63,257 nt of DNA, filler included, from Octopus bimaculoides (GCF_001194135.2; 5 parts of 4 records of this genome joined end to end with filler, not necessarily neighbours in it), one strand, 5' to 3'; counted from the whole stretch's first letter, positions 41,692 to 53,531 are shown. The notes: generated by a model not told the origin, from the letters alone. Made by a program: numbers and translations.

Positions 41692-41938
41692 GAAGGCACG
41701 TAGCCAAGTGGTAAGGGTTTTCGTCTCACGATCGTCAGGTCGTGAGTTCGATTCCCAGTGGTGCGTTGTGTCCTTGAGCAAGACACTTTATTTCATACTT
41801 CTCCAATCAACTTACCTAGCAGAATGAGTTGTACCTGTATTTCAAAGGGCCGACTTTGTCACATTCTGTGTCACGCTGAATCTCCTTGAGAACTACGTTA
41901 AGGATACGCGTGTGTGTGAAGTGTCCAGTTAGTTGCAC
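41692..41938 (+). mobile_element. tRNA-derived CORE SINE (family C, tail type 1)
   Basis: A box TAGCCAAGTGG, B box GTTCGATTCC, CORE-like GTGTCCTTGAGCAAGACACTT, and tail CACGCTGAATCTCCTTGAGAACTACGTTAAGG shared with 16579-17009. Confidence 0.85.
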
Positions 41939-42871
41939 NNNNNNNNNNNNNNNNNNNNNNNNNNNNNNNNNNNNNNNNNNNNNNNNNNNNNNNNNNNNNN
42001 NNNNNNNNNNNNNNNNNNNNNNNNNNNNNNNNNNNNNNNNNNNNNNNNNNNNNNNNNNNNNNNNNNNNNNNNNNNNNNNNNNNNNNNNNNNNNNNNNNNN
42101 NNNNNNNNNNNNNNNNNNNNNNNNNNNNNNNNNNNNNNNNNNNNNNNNNNNNNNNNNNNNNNNNNNNNNNNNNNNNNNNNNNNNNNNNNNNNNNNNNNNN
42201 NNNNNNNNNNNNNNNNNNNNNNNNNNNNNNNNNNNNNNNNNNNNNNNNNNNNNNNNNNNNNNNNNNNNNNNNNNNNNNNNNNNNNNNNNNNNNNNNNNNN
42301 NNNNNNNNNNNNNNNNNNNNNNNNNNNNNNNNNNNNNNNNNNNNNNNNNNNNNNNNNNNNNNNNNNNNNNNNNNNNNNNNNNNNNNNNNNNNNNNNNNNN
42401 NNNNNNNNNNNNNNNNNNNNNNNNNNNNNNNNNNNNNNNNNNNNNNNNNNNNNNNNNNNNNNNNNNNNNNNNNNNNNNNNNNNNNNNNNNNNNNNNNNNN
42501 NNNNNNNNNNNNNNNNNNNNNNNNNNNNNNNNNNNNNNNNNNNNNNNNNNNNNNNNNNNNNNNNNNNNNNNNNNNNNNNNNNNNNNNNNNNNNNNNNNNN
42601 NNNNNNNNNNNNNNNNNNNNNNNNNNNNNNNNNNNNNNNNNNNNNNNNNNNNNNNNNNNNNNNNNNNNNNNNNNNNNNNNNNNNNNNNNNNNNNNNNNNN
42701 NNNNNNNNNNNNNNNNNNNNNNNNNNNNNNNNNNNNNNNNNNNNNNNNNNNNNNNNNNNNNNNNNNNNNNNNNNNNNNNNNNNNNNNNNNNNATATTTCT
42801 CAAAATAAGAAACTTTAGCACAAACTTAAAAGATTTATCCAAAAACAAAATAACACATTAGAAATTAAATA

Positions 42872-43447
42872 TTAAAAAAAACTCCCAAACATCTCAACAA
42901 TCTTCCCAGGACCAACAACCTTAACTAGATGACGGAGCAGGTCCTTGGCACATTCATCCCTAACATAGCTGCTATAACCAACAGCTGTGTAATGGCACAA
43001 CCCCAATTCTTCAAAACAAAACCGGACTGAAGTCAATTCCTTAACCCATGAGTAAAGGAAAAGCGCTACAGTCCTAAGAGGAAGGGTGCCACCTTCAAAC
43101 CATGTGTCTTTCCTCACTGAAACAGGCTCTATGCATCCTTGGCGCGAGCACCGTCAATACATATCTCCACCATGTTTTCTCGTACTCATAAAATGCTTCT
43201 TCATTTTGCATAATTTTCTTTTGGGTATAACACCCTTTTCTTGCAAGTATGAGACCACATCATCCTCTGGCGCGTGATTTAAAGCTTATTTGGCTGCTAT
43301 TTTTAGCACATATGACAACCACCTCAATGACTGGAACATATTTGTCAACACGTACTTTCTCGCAGACAAAAGAGTTCTCATGTTTGATTCGTTACTATGG
43401 AAGCAGGCATGCATGTGACTCTGGCCTACGATTGGCTAAAATTACCC
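42872..43447 (-). mobile_element. Merlin (IS1595/ISXO2-like) transposase 5' fragment
   Basis: Minus frame YLQEKGVIPKRKLCKMKKHFMSTRKHGGDMY*RCSRQGCIEPVSVRKDTWFEGGTLPLRTVALFLYSW...ELGLCHYTAVGYSSYVRDECAKDL...VGPGKIVEM matches the Zn-ribbon WRC..C..SIR..TWF and GGPG.IVEIDES motifs. A putative GG-initiated terminus at ~43447 is inferred. Confidence 0.8.
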
Positions 43448-43833
43448 AAAATGTTTAAACTTTAATAGCTAATAACTCTTTATTCATTGATTTACAGCGA
43501 AAATGATTTTCATGGTATTGATTAGCATATAAAAGTATATCATTACACTGAATATGAAATCAATTCGAACAGAAATTGAAGAGATTGAAAATTGGTAGCA
43601 AACAGAAAAGATCCCTTTTTGTATCTGTAAGTGTATATTTCTGCGTCCGTGCGTGCGTGTTTGCCTTCAGTGCCAAAAAGTACCGCCGCCAAAACAAATT
43701 CAATGTCCAGTAGAGCCATGCCAAATCATCAGTGTCCAAATAGCCCTGCACAGTGGTTTTGTTCTGTGATTTGAAGGAGACTTGACTGCCGTTTCTAGCA
43801 TTTCAAGCAGCTACATGTATTACTCCTTGGTGG

Positions 43834-43869
<36 letters not shown>

Positions 43870-44390
43870 CACTCTTTCCCGTTAAGCTAGAAAGATTAAA
43901 GTAAAACGTAAGAGAAATAGAAAGATGGATATCTAGATGTGGAGCGCCAGTGAGATTAAAACACAGGAGGAGAGGAAGTTCAAGATGCAGCGTGAAGTGA
44001 TAGAGTAGGGAAATATATTTTTTTAAAGGTTTATTTGATATATATCCATAACATGTAAAGGGCGGATTATTAAAAAAAATATTTAAAAAAAATAGCCTTG
44101 TGTACATATACATACATACAGACATATCTTTCGATGATCCATTGATCGTAAATCAAAACTTCCATAAAATTTAGTGTGTAAACATAGCTATCATACGCTC
44201 TCCTTATGTCGCCTTTAAATGCAATGATGACGCACGTGCATATTGAAGAGTGCAAGGGATCACTGGAGTGTTATTTGCATAGTATCGAATTATAGTTGAT
44301 GACTTTTTTTTATTATTATTGGTCAGCTGTTCTCTGGAGTGGAACAGGCAATCGAAGGAGTTAAAGAGAGGATGGATATACATACATAAA

Positions 44391-44423
<33 letters not shown>

Positions 44424-44424
44424 G

Positions 44425-44459
<35 letters not shown>

Positions 44460-44491
44460 GGTGAAAGAGTGAGTGAGAAACAGAGAGAGAA

Positions 44492-44552
<61 letters not shown>

Positions 44553-44802
44553 ACAATTGATAAGATCGAGATAATATAAACAAGGTCGATTTTTCTGAAA
44601 AAGTAGCTTGTTTGAAAGAGACGTAATTTCGATCTCAGTTCTCAAAACAAGGGGTTCCCAACTGTTGAACCTTGGATCCTTTGGTATCGAGCCGCTCAGA
44701 AGGAATAAATTTTCAATTTTTTCCCCTATTTTATTGACTGTCGCAGTCTGCCGGGTGTTTTTACATTATATGTATTTATTATATATGTATTATGTGTATT
44801 GT

Positions 44803-45003
44803 GAAGGTGCTTGGCTTGGTGGTTAAGGTGTTTCACACCATGATCTCTCATCCAGGTTTCAATTCCTGAGCAGGGTGATGCGTTGTGTTCTTGAGCAAAA
44901 CACTTCAACTCATGTTGCATTGCGATCACTTCGATATCCGACGTGTGGCACACCGTGTACCTGCACAGGCATTGTCAGTTTGATGGAGTGAGAGTGTGTA
45001 CAG
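44803..45003 (+). mobile_element. tRNA-derived CORE SINE, 3'-truncated by a MITE
   Basis: GAAGGTGCTTGGCTTGGTGGTTAAGG...GTTTCAATTCC...GTGTTCTTGAGCAAAACACTT. Confidence 0.7.
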
Positions 45004-45174
45004 TCTGAGGTTTTCGCCCACAAATGAGCTGTATTTGTAGGCTATGTTCACGGGAGATTCTAGGCATACCACTAGACTATCACGTGAACAACAGCCGTTC
45101 ATTGAACCGAAATTGAGTTTGCGTACGTGAACAGAACCTACAAATACAGCTCATTTGTGGGCGAAAACCTCAGA
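45004..45174. mobile_element. MITE-like hairpin, 49-bp terminal inverted repeats
   Basis: 45004-45052 versus 45126-45174: outer 38 bp perfectly complementary, 47/49 overall, 73-bp spacer. Confidence 0.85.
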
Positions 45175-46062
45175 GTGATTCCAGTCCTTGGAGGCGTTCA
45201 CTTTCGACACATAGCTGTTTTCACAGCTACATATTCAACGTGGCACGATAGAAGAAACCACACTTCGGCAATAAGAAAATGTATTGATTTGAAAAATTAG
45301 CCCGAATGTTGAATTTCCGACTTGTCATATATATAGTTTCATCTGAATATTCCTTTTCTTGTATTGCATGAACACTTTCTGTATTAATGTAGCAATAAAT
45401 TATGTTCATATACATGAAACAAGCTTTCTCTCTGACTCGCTACCCAGGTATTAATTCACTTTAGACAGTCTTTTCATTGTTGTAAGTAGGAAAAGTTACA
45501 GAAAAGTAACGTTGTATATTTAACGGATGGTTGTTTAGTTTGGGCAGCAAATCGAACTAGTTACATCAGAGCAGTAGAACATCCAGGGTGTCATTATATA
45601 GTCCTTGTCATTTTCTTTGTATTCTAACCTCAAGTCTCAAAAAGTTCTAGATCTTTAAAAGTGGTGGGAGGAGATTGTAAGGCATTAACCCTCTCAGACC
45701 TAGGCCCCTGTGTCTAATTTTACTCTCCATCTGGGTTCTCGAGCAAAAAAATAAATAGCTGCATATACATGAGCAATGATTGCTGGCAAACACATCGACA
45801 GAATCGGCTGCATCTTCTTTTTCTACTTGTGTTGTTCATTGCTGCTTCACCGAGAATCTGGCAGAGATGACGTTTAACCTATTCCCACTATGGCAGGAAT
45901 ACGGCCTGACAGGGTTAATACCATTTATAGGTAGACGCGGGTCATAACGCAAGCTTCCTCTGTTGATCAAATGAGCAGTACATTGTTATAATATTTATTA
46001 TTCTAGATTCTTGAAAATAAATATATACCGAAAAACGTTACTAATATCATGCAGGGCACTTA

Positions 46063-46209
46063 ACGTTCTGATATCGACTTTGCCTTTCATCCTTTCGGGG
46101 TCGATAAATCGATAAGATAAGTACCAATCGAATACTGGGGTCAATGTAATCGACTTACCCCTCTCATGAAATTGCTGGCCTTATTTGTGCCAAAATTTGA
46201 AGCCAATAT
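46063..46209 (+). mobile_element. Meta-like SINE (family A), 5'-truncated
   Basis: TCGACTTTGCCTTTCATCCTTTCGGGGTCGATAAA...AAGTACCA...CTGGGGTCAATGTAATCGACTTACCCC...GTGCCAAAATTTGAA. Confidence 0.8.
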
Positions 46210-46243
46210 ATTGAATGGCAAGTGAAACACCAGATACTGCATA

Positions 46244-47245
46244 CGAGTAATTTGGTTAACACGTAGTTTGCTGTCCTAAAAAAGCGTGAATGTAAATTGC
46301 AACAGAAACCGTAAGCGACGACAATGGCAATTTCATTATATTTTTATAACATGAAAACGATGCATAGACCGTGCATATAACTTTTTCACGGTCTCTGAAC
46401 CGATTTCGCCACACATTCTCATGCAGATACAATCTTGATAAAGCATCACTCGTTCAGCATTGTCACCTGAGCTACTTCTTGGCGAGTATCCATCGCCTTT
46501 CGACTGTCTGAGCATGGATGCTCTTATCGTTGGATCAACGAAATTTTTAGAATGATTTACAACTGTAGTGACGCGAAATTATGGCCGCCATTAAGGAAGT
46601 ACAATCTACGCATGCGCAAGGGACTTGCCTTCCCGGAAGCCCCTGGAGTGCGCATGCGTAGTAAAAACCAGTACTTAAAGCGCTTCGTGCGCTTTCTAAG
46701 GCCTCTTTAGCGCGGTGCCTTCGATGTAACAACAACTTGCTCCTCTGAGATGCCTCAACGAAGATTTTAACCTTCCAATGCTGACTGCAAGGTAACCTGC
46801 GGCTGCCAGGCTGAACAACACACAACTTTACAACTACATATGTGTCCTAAACTAACTTAGGAAGCCTACCTATCAAATAACAAACGTGTCCTTGTGGTTT
46901 TGCACTGGTATTGTTGCGTATACCGATTATACTGCGCTGCAGCAGTAAAATTCAGCTGCTATTTCAGAAATGCTCATGCTATCACATGAAGATATATAAG
47001 GAAGCTTACCCATCTGATATCAACCGCGCTGTGACTTTTCGCCGATGTTCATTGGGTGTAACAACTATACTACATCGCAGCGATATATCTCAGCTGCTAT
47101 TTCAGAAATGCTATCACATGAAGATATTATACAATCAGGTGCCTGCATTTATGAAAATTATGAGAATTCACAATCAGCACTTTTGACTCAGTTTACATTC
47201 ACTTTTTCACGACACTGAACTTCATGTTAAACCATAATCCACCCG
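46244..47245. mobile_element. Putative ~1-kb non-autonomous DNA element with degenerate ~57-bp TIRs
   Basis: 46244-46299 versus reverse complement of 47189-47245: about 44 matches in ~60 hand-aligned columns, including exact GTGAATGTAAA. No clear TSD. Confidence 0.45.
46568..46695. promoter_or_regulatory. Promoter-like motif cluster (YY1, NRF1 x2, ETS)
   Basis: GCCGCCATT at 46584-46592, CTACGCATGCGCA at 46606-46618 and its exact inverse at 46649-46661, CTTCCCGGAAG at 46629-46639. Locally GC/CpG-rich in an AT-rich window. Confidence 0.4.
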
Positions 47246-47304
47246 AGTTTATAAAAAATTATTTCCTTCGGGATATCTCCTTTATGTTAAATTTAAATGA
47301 AAAA

Positions 47305-47544
47305 GTTACCTCCTAGAGTCATGCCGACTCATAATGGCTGGTTTCCCGGTTTCATGGCGTATAAATTCTCCGTCTAGACGGGGCGATCTGTCGCAGGACG
47401 ATCTGTCGCAGGACGATCTGTCGCAGGACGATCTGTCGCAGGGTAACTCATGTTTGCCAGCCGAGTGGACTGAGATAACGTGAAATGAAGCGTTTTGCTC
47501 AAGAACAACGTATCGCCCGGTCCAGGAATCGATACCACAATCTT
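47305..47544 (-). mobile_element. CORE SINE (family C, tail type 2) with internal 15-bp tandem amplification
   Basis: Collinear with 55797-56023. CGATCTGTCGCAGGA x4 at 47384-47442. Confidence 0.8.
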
Positions 47545-47588
47545 NNNNNNNNNNNNNNNNNNNNNNNNNNNNNNNNNNNNNNNNNNNN

Positions 47589-47600
47589 TTAATTAATTAA
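47589..47600. other. Synthetic scaffolding linker TTAATTAATTAA
   Basis: 44 N on each side. Confidence 0.95.
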
Positions 47601-48029
47601 NNNNNNNNNNNNNNNNNNNNNNNNNNNNNNNNNNNNNNNNNNNNATACACATACGTAAATATATACCTTGGACCTTGGTCAGAAATCAAGGCCGTAAAAT
47701 TGTTTTGAAATTGAAGTAGAAAGTAATGAATGATCCTTGGCGGAATTTGTACTCAGAAGTGTCCCTGTATTATATTGACATTTTAAAAATATTTTTTCAT
47801 GTGTATATTTTGTTTATTTGGAAGAGTAAATTATCAAAGCTAATAGTAAATAAACACATTTAATAACTAACCCTTAACACAAGAGTTGATAATAATGAAT
47901 ATTTGAATAAGGAATAAAAAGATGAATGAGTTTAAAATTTGCAAGTTTATTGTTGCTTGAAAAACGAAAACAGGTTAAGAATATAAAAAAAAAATATTTC
48001 CAAATGTAAAAATTATTGTTGTTCACAAA

Positions 48030-49162
48030 TAAATCGAAGGGTGTGAATGTTTGCGAGCTATTCGCCTTGATTCTGTTAGTTGCAGTTTTATTTTTTTGCT
48101 GTACTAGAATTCATCTTTCAAAGTCCCTTTTTTTCTGTAAGGCACTAGCCCCCTTCTTTTTCAGTGTCTCAATCAATTTCCAAATAGAGTTGTGTTGACA
48201 GGATAAAGAATATAGCATTGTACAATCCCTCTAAGATGTTATTAAATCTAGGTAAATGATTTATAACCTTTTCTCGAACAATCCAAGACTCGATAGAAAA
48301 ATTTGGTTTCACCCTTATTCCTGTCCGTTCACTTGATATACCAATGTATGTCATTTCAAAATAGGCAGTAAATAATTGGGGCAAATCCCAGTCATCGGAC
48401 AAGCCAATAAAACCGTCAACAACGCCGAAATGATAATGTAGATAAAACATCTCATTTTTAGATTGAAAGCTTCATATTCATTATACCATTGTCTTAATCC
48501 TAAGTCACAGATTTTCTTTAAAATAGACTTAGATAAATGAAAGAGACATGAATTTATTGTTAATTCTGGAAACTTTTCTAAAAAAACCTTCCTAATCTTT
48601 TAGATTAATTTGCGGTTTGAGTTGAAACAAATATTTAAATAGACGAATATATGTTTCGTTTGTCTTACCTGGAAGAAAGGCAAAATCTCTGGAAATACTG
48701 TATCATTTTGGTTATGAATAAAATAGAGCTGATGATCTCGAGTATGTTTTTGTTTCATCGGCGTTTTTCTTATGACAGTGATACCTAATATTTTCCCACC
48801 ATTGTTAGATTTTCTAAACGCAGCCATGTGTTTCAAATAAAACTTTTGAATTATAAAATCCAGAATGTATTACACGTTTACAGTTCGCACTGCATGAGTT
48901 AACTAAAATTCCTAGCTTAAAGTACTTTTGCTTCTAAAAACAAAAAATGGACATAACTTTGGTGTTGATGTACAATTATCATAACCGCCTATTTAATTAA
49001 CGGGCAACTGTTGTAAAGTATACTCCAGAAAAACAAAGGTTATTAAAAAAAGGAAATATGTAAAACATATTTGTGTCTCGAGACACAAATATCCTGGGAC
49101 GCATGTGTCTGGTACGTAGTTCTCCGGGAAGCAAATGTCCACTACGCAACTGTCCGTCCACC
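48030..49162 (-). mobile_element. Decayed Mutator-like (MULE) element with one terminus
   Basis: Minus frames HQLYFIH...FAFLPGKTNETYIRLFKY (~48630-48740) and GVVDGFIGLSDDWDLPQLFTAYFEMTYIG...PNFSIESWIVREKVINHLPRFNNILEGLYNAI (48190-48430) match MULE QLYTIH/ALLP.K..TY and W.V..R....PRTNN..EG.HN motifs. Terminus GGTGGACGGACAGTTGC at 49162 is followed by ~15-bp degenerate repeats. Confidence 0.75.
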
Positions 49163-49688
49163 ATATGTATACACACATACAGCTAGCTTCTTTCAGCTTC
49201 CGTTTATCAAATCCAATCATAATGGTTTGGTCGATCCAGTGTTATTGCAGAAGACACTGCCTAAGGTACCACACAGTCACTTATGCATATATGTATGTAT
49301 ATATGTATGCATGCATGTATGTATGCATGTATTTATATATGTATTTATATATGTATTTATGTATGTATTTATATATATATATATATATATATATNNNNNN
49401 NNNNNNNNNNNNNNNNNNNNNNNNNNNNNNNNNNNNNNNNNNNNNNNNNNNNNNNNNNNNNNNNNNNNNNNNNNNNNNNNNNNNNNNNNNNNNNNNNNNN
49501 NNNNNNNNNNNNNNNNNNNNNNNATTCTGAACGGTGTCAAGTCTATTAGTCCCTTAGTAAAAAGATTATGTGTAAGGGAGGTAAGTAGTTCTGGATTTGG
49601 TACAATTAGGGTAGATCTGGATTTGTAGTGTGAATGGTGTATGGGATGTATGGGGGTTAGTGATATTAAATGGAATATTAGTGATGTT

Positions 49689-50043
49689 CTATAGTTCAGG
49701 AAGATATCTATTAATGAAAATTGCCTCTTTATTCATTCTTTGTTGTGTTGATGTATTCTGTGAACATTGATAGAAGGGAAACATTAGGAAATTAGGATTA
49801 AGATTCCTCGCACACATTTCTATGTGTCCACTGACCTGTATCTGTCTGTAATGTGGGTGGCGGATTTGTTCTCTGTGGAGAGTAGTCCTTCTACGGAGTA
49901 ATATCATGTTTGGCCAATATAGTTATTACTATATCCTAAGCATGTAATGGCATAGATTAGATTTTCCGAAATCAGATTTCACCTGTGCCTTGCAAAATCT
50001 AATATATGCCTCTATGCGAGGAATCTTAATCCTAATTTCCTAA
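49689..50043 (-). mobile_element. Second Penelope-like GIY-YIG fragment with 5' inversion
   Basis: Minus frames SENLIYAITCLGYSNNYIGQT / LRRRTTLHREQIRHPHYRQIQVSGHIEMCARNLNPNFLMFPFYQC...KEAIFINRYLPEL*. 50015-50043 is the exact reverse complement of 49784-49812. Confidence 0.85.
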
Positions 50044-51123
50044 GTTTTATATATATNNNNNNNNNNNNNNNNNNNNNNNNNNNNNNNNNNNNNNNNNNNN
50101 NNNNNNNNNNNNNNNNNNNNNNNNNNNNNNNNNNNNNNNNNNNNNNNNNNNNNNNNNNNNNNNNNNNNNNNNNNNNNNNNNNNNNNNNNNNNNNNNNNNN
50201 NNNNNNNNNNNNNNNNNNNNNNNNNNNNNNNNNNNNNNNNNNNNNNNNNNNNNNNNNNNNNNNNNNNNNNNNNNNNNNNNNNNNNNNNNNNNNNNNNNNN
50301 NNNNNNNNNNNNNNNNNNNNNNNNNNNNNNNNNNNNNNNNNNNNNNNNNNNNNNNNNNNNNNNNNNNNNNNNNNNNNNNNNNNNNNNNNNNNNNNNNNNN
50401 NNNNNNNNNNNNNNNNNNNNNNNNNNNNNNNNNNNNNNNNNNNNNNNNNNNNNNNNNNNNNNNNNNNNNNNNNNNNNNNNNNNNNNNNNNNNNNNNNNNN
50501 NNNNNNNNNNNNNNNNNNNNNNNNNNNNNNNNNNNNNNNNNNNNNNNNNNNNNNNNNNNNNNNNNNNNNNNNNNNNNNNNNNNNNNNNNNNNNNNNNNNN
50601 NNNNNNNNNNNNNNNNNNNNNNNNNNNNNNNNNNNNNNNNNNNNNNNNNNNNNNNNNNNNNNNNNNNNNNNNNNNNNNNNNNNNNNNNNNNNNNNNNNNN
50701 NNNNNNNNNNNNNNNNNNNNNNNNNNNNNNNNNNNNNNNNNNNNNNNNNNNNNNNNNNNNNNNNNNNNNNNNNNNNNNNNNNNNNNNNNNNNNNNNNNNN
50801 NNNNNNNNNNNNNNNNNNNNNNNNNNNNNNNNNNNNNNNNNNNNNNNNNNNNNNNNNNNNNNNNNNNNNNNNNNNNNNNNNNNNNNNNNNNNNNNNNNNN
50901 NNNNNNNNNNNNNNNNNNNNNNNNNNNNNNNNNNNNNNNNNNNNNNNNNNNNNATATATATATATATATATATATAATATATTAAGTTTCATTTATCCAC
51001 ATCAATTCGTAACTCGAGGTATTCAGTATATTGAAAAATGAAAGAGAAGTAGAAGAAACATACTCCTCCTTCCACATTGAAAAAAGCTTTCTAATCTGTC
51101 CCTGGGCCGATAGCTGAAAATTA

Positions 51124-51168
<45 letters not shown>

Positions 51169-51916
51169 ACTAAGAGAGGGAGAAAGAGCAGTGAAAGCCA
51201 AACTCCAACATGTGTTAATTTTTCTCGGTCGTGAAGTAACCGTCAACTACCAGTAAACTGTAGCATTAAATAATATGGAATATGCTTCAGAGCATAATTA
51301 GCTAATTCGAGTTCCAGACGAAGAAAGATACTATTCAAACTTTTTATTGATTATCGTCCAAATGTAATAAAAAAAAGTAATAATTATAACAAAAGAAGTT
51401 TAGTATAAAAGGGGCGGCAAGGCTTCAAATAAAATTGAAGAATGCATCTCATGCGTTTGGCTCTTTAGAAAACTAATGAGTACTAACGAGTAGCTTGCTA
51501 CTCATGATCAGTCTGTTACATACAAAGATGGAAATCTGTTTCTAAAATACATAGAAAATTAACTAATACAGTTAGCTGCTATTCAAGTAGATAATATATT
51601 GATCACGAGAACATTTGAATTGCTATAACTTTTGCTTGGCTTATTGCCATTCTGATAACATCAATAGTCTAGTCAGTATATGTCTATTTGCCTAATTAAC
51701 AATGTAAACCTGTGTTACTAATATACAATAGATTATATATTACATATGCATGCATGTCTGCTATCATATAAATGAGTTTATGTAGATTTTTTAAGGTAAA
51801 ATGGAATATTCATGTATGTATGAATGCTTAAAAGAACATTACCGTTCTCTTTCTCTCTCTCTCTCTCTCTCTNNNNNNNNNNNNNNNNNNNNNNNNNNNN
51901 NNNNNNNNNNNNNNNN

Positions 51917-51928
51917 TTAATTAATTAA
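51917..51928. other. Synthetic scaffolding linker TTAATTAATTAA
   Basis: 44 N on each side. Confidence 0.95.
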
Positions 51929-52009
51929 NNNNNNNNNNNNNNNNNNNNNNNNNNNNNNNNNNNNNNNNNNNNGAAGTAAAGGCATAAACATACGTTTATA
52001 TGAATAGCA

Positions 52010-52337
52010 ATACACATACATACATACATGCATACAAACATACATACATACACACACACACATACATACATACATACACACATACATACATACACACATA
52101 CATACATACGTACATACACACATACATACATACACACATACACACACATACATACATACACACATACACACATACATACACACATACACACATACATACA
52201 CACACACATACACACATACACACATGCATACATACATACACACATACATACATACACACATACATACATATATACATACATATATACATACATACATACA
52301 TACATACATACATACATAATACATACATACATACATG
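52010..52337. repeat. Long compound (ATAC)n/(AC)n microsatellite
   Basis: Directly visible. Confidence 0.95.
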
Positions 52338-53014
52338 CAATAAGAGATTTGTGCGTCGTACCTACCCTGCTGTTTGCGGAAAGTCACCACCTAGGGTGTT
52401 AGACATCTAAGTTAGAAAAATGACAGTTTCATCTTATTTTCTAAAGAACAGTCTCTGCAATTCTCTACATCAGTAAATTCTCATTATCCAAGAAGAAGCC
52501 TTTCTAATTTCTTCTAATAACAAAATGTCTTGAGACTGAGAAAGAACAGACACGGTGTCAGCAGTTTATATTCACTTTCTTTTATCTGATAAAGGACACA
52601 AACAGCAAGTTGTAGGATAGTATTCTTAATTCTAATAACTAGCAGAAAGATCACTACTACATCGCTAAAAGAAAGACAATGTGGGTGCGTGTGGTTAAAT
52701 AATTACTTTCTTTTAATAAAAGTTATATACTCGAAACTAATTAATGAGTAGGTGTCTTTATTACAATATAGGTGTTTACTTCAGACATTAATCGTTTTAG
52801 AACGAAAATTCAGGCAGAGTTGGTAAATTTAGGCCGTCCGCTTGTAGATAGCGTACCTGATATCCCGATAGAAATGAATCAATTATAACAAAGAATGGAA
52901 CAATTACTGCAATAGTAATATAGTGCTGGAGTGAATTATGAACAAATAACTATACACTCATATACATACATGCATATGCATATATATACATACATATATA
53001 TGTATATACATATA

Positions 53015-53130
<116 letters not shown>

Positions 53131-53293
53131 GCCGCAGACGTGACTGTATGATAAGAAGCTCGCTTCCCAACCACATGGTTCGGAGTTCAGTCTCGCTGCG
53201 TGGCAACTTGGGAAAGTGTCTTGTACTATAGTCAGGGCTCGATCAAAGCCTTGTGAGAGGATTTGGAAGACGGAAACTGAAAGAAGACCGTCA
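53131..53293 (+). mobile_element. CORE-type SINE (family B), 5' part
   Basis: TAAGAAGCTCGCTTCCCAACCACATGGTTCGGAGTTCAGTC...CTTGGGAAAGTGTCTT...AAAGCCTTGTGAGAGGATTTGGAAGACGGAAACTGAAAGAAG, then (TA)n. Confidence 0.8.
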
Positions 53294-53329
<36 letters not shown>

Positions 53330-53443
53330 TTCAGATGAATATCGTACTTAAGATGAGGCACCAGAATTTAGTACGTTATTATCCGTATAATTTCAAAATA
53401 AGGTGATTAAAATCAAAATAAGCAACAAGGATATCCAGAGGTA

Positions 53444-53531
53444 ATGCAGTACGATCGTTTCAAGCAACTCCATTGAATTGAACAATGCAATCCTTACATC
53501 AAATTAAGTGCAGAGCAATCCTTAGCTGCAT
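53444..53531 (-). ncRNA. Candidate type I hammerhead ribozyme with one core substitution (G5A)
   Basis: Minus strand reads atgcag-CTAAGGA-[57 nt]-GAAA-cgatcg-TA-ctgcat. Perfect 6-bp helix I and palindromic helix III ACGATCGT. Helix II is poorly formed near the core. Confidence 0.5.

Noticed and set aside
41692-41765. tRNA-like A and B boxes, also at 16950-17009, 44803 and 55980-56023
   Set aside because: They continue into CORE/SINE bodies and lack a full cloverleaf, so they are SINE heads, not tRNA genes.
24287-51972. Four perfect TTAATTAATTAA palindromes
   Set aside because: Each sits between exactly 44 N on both sides, giving a 100-bp synthetic gap spacer with six-frame stops. Not biological.
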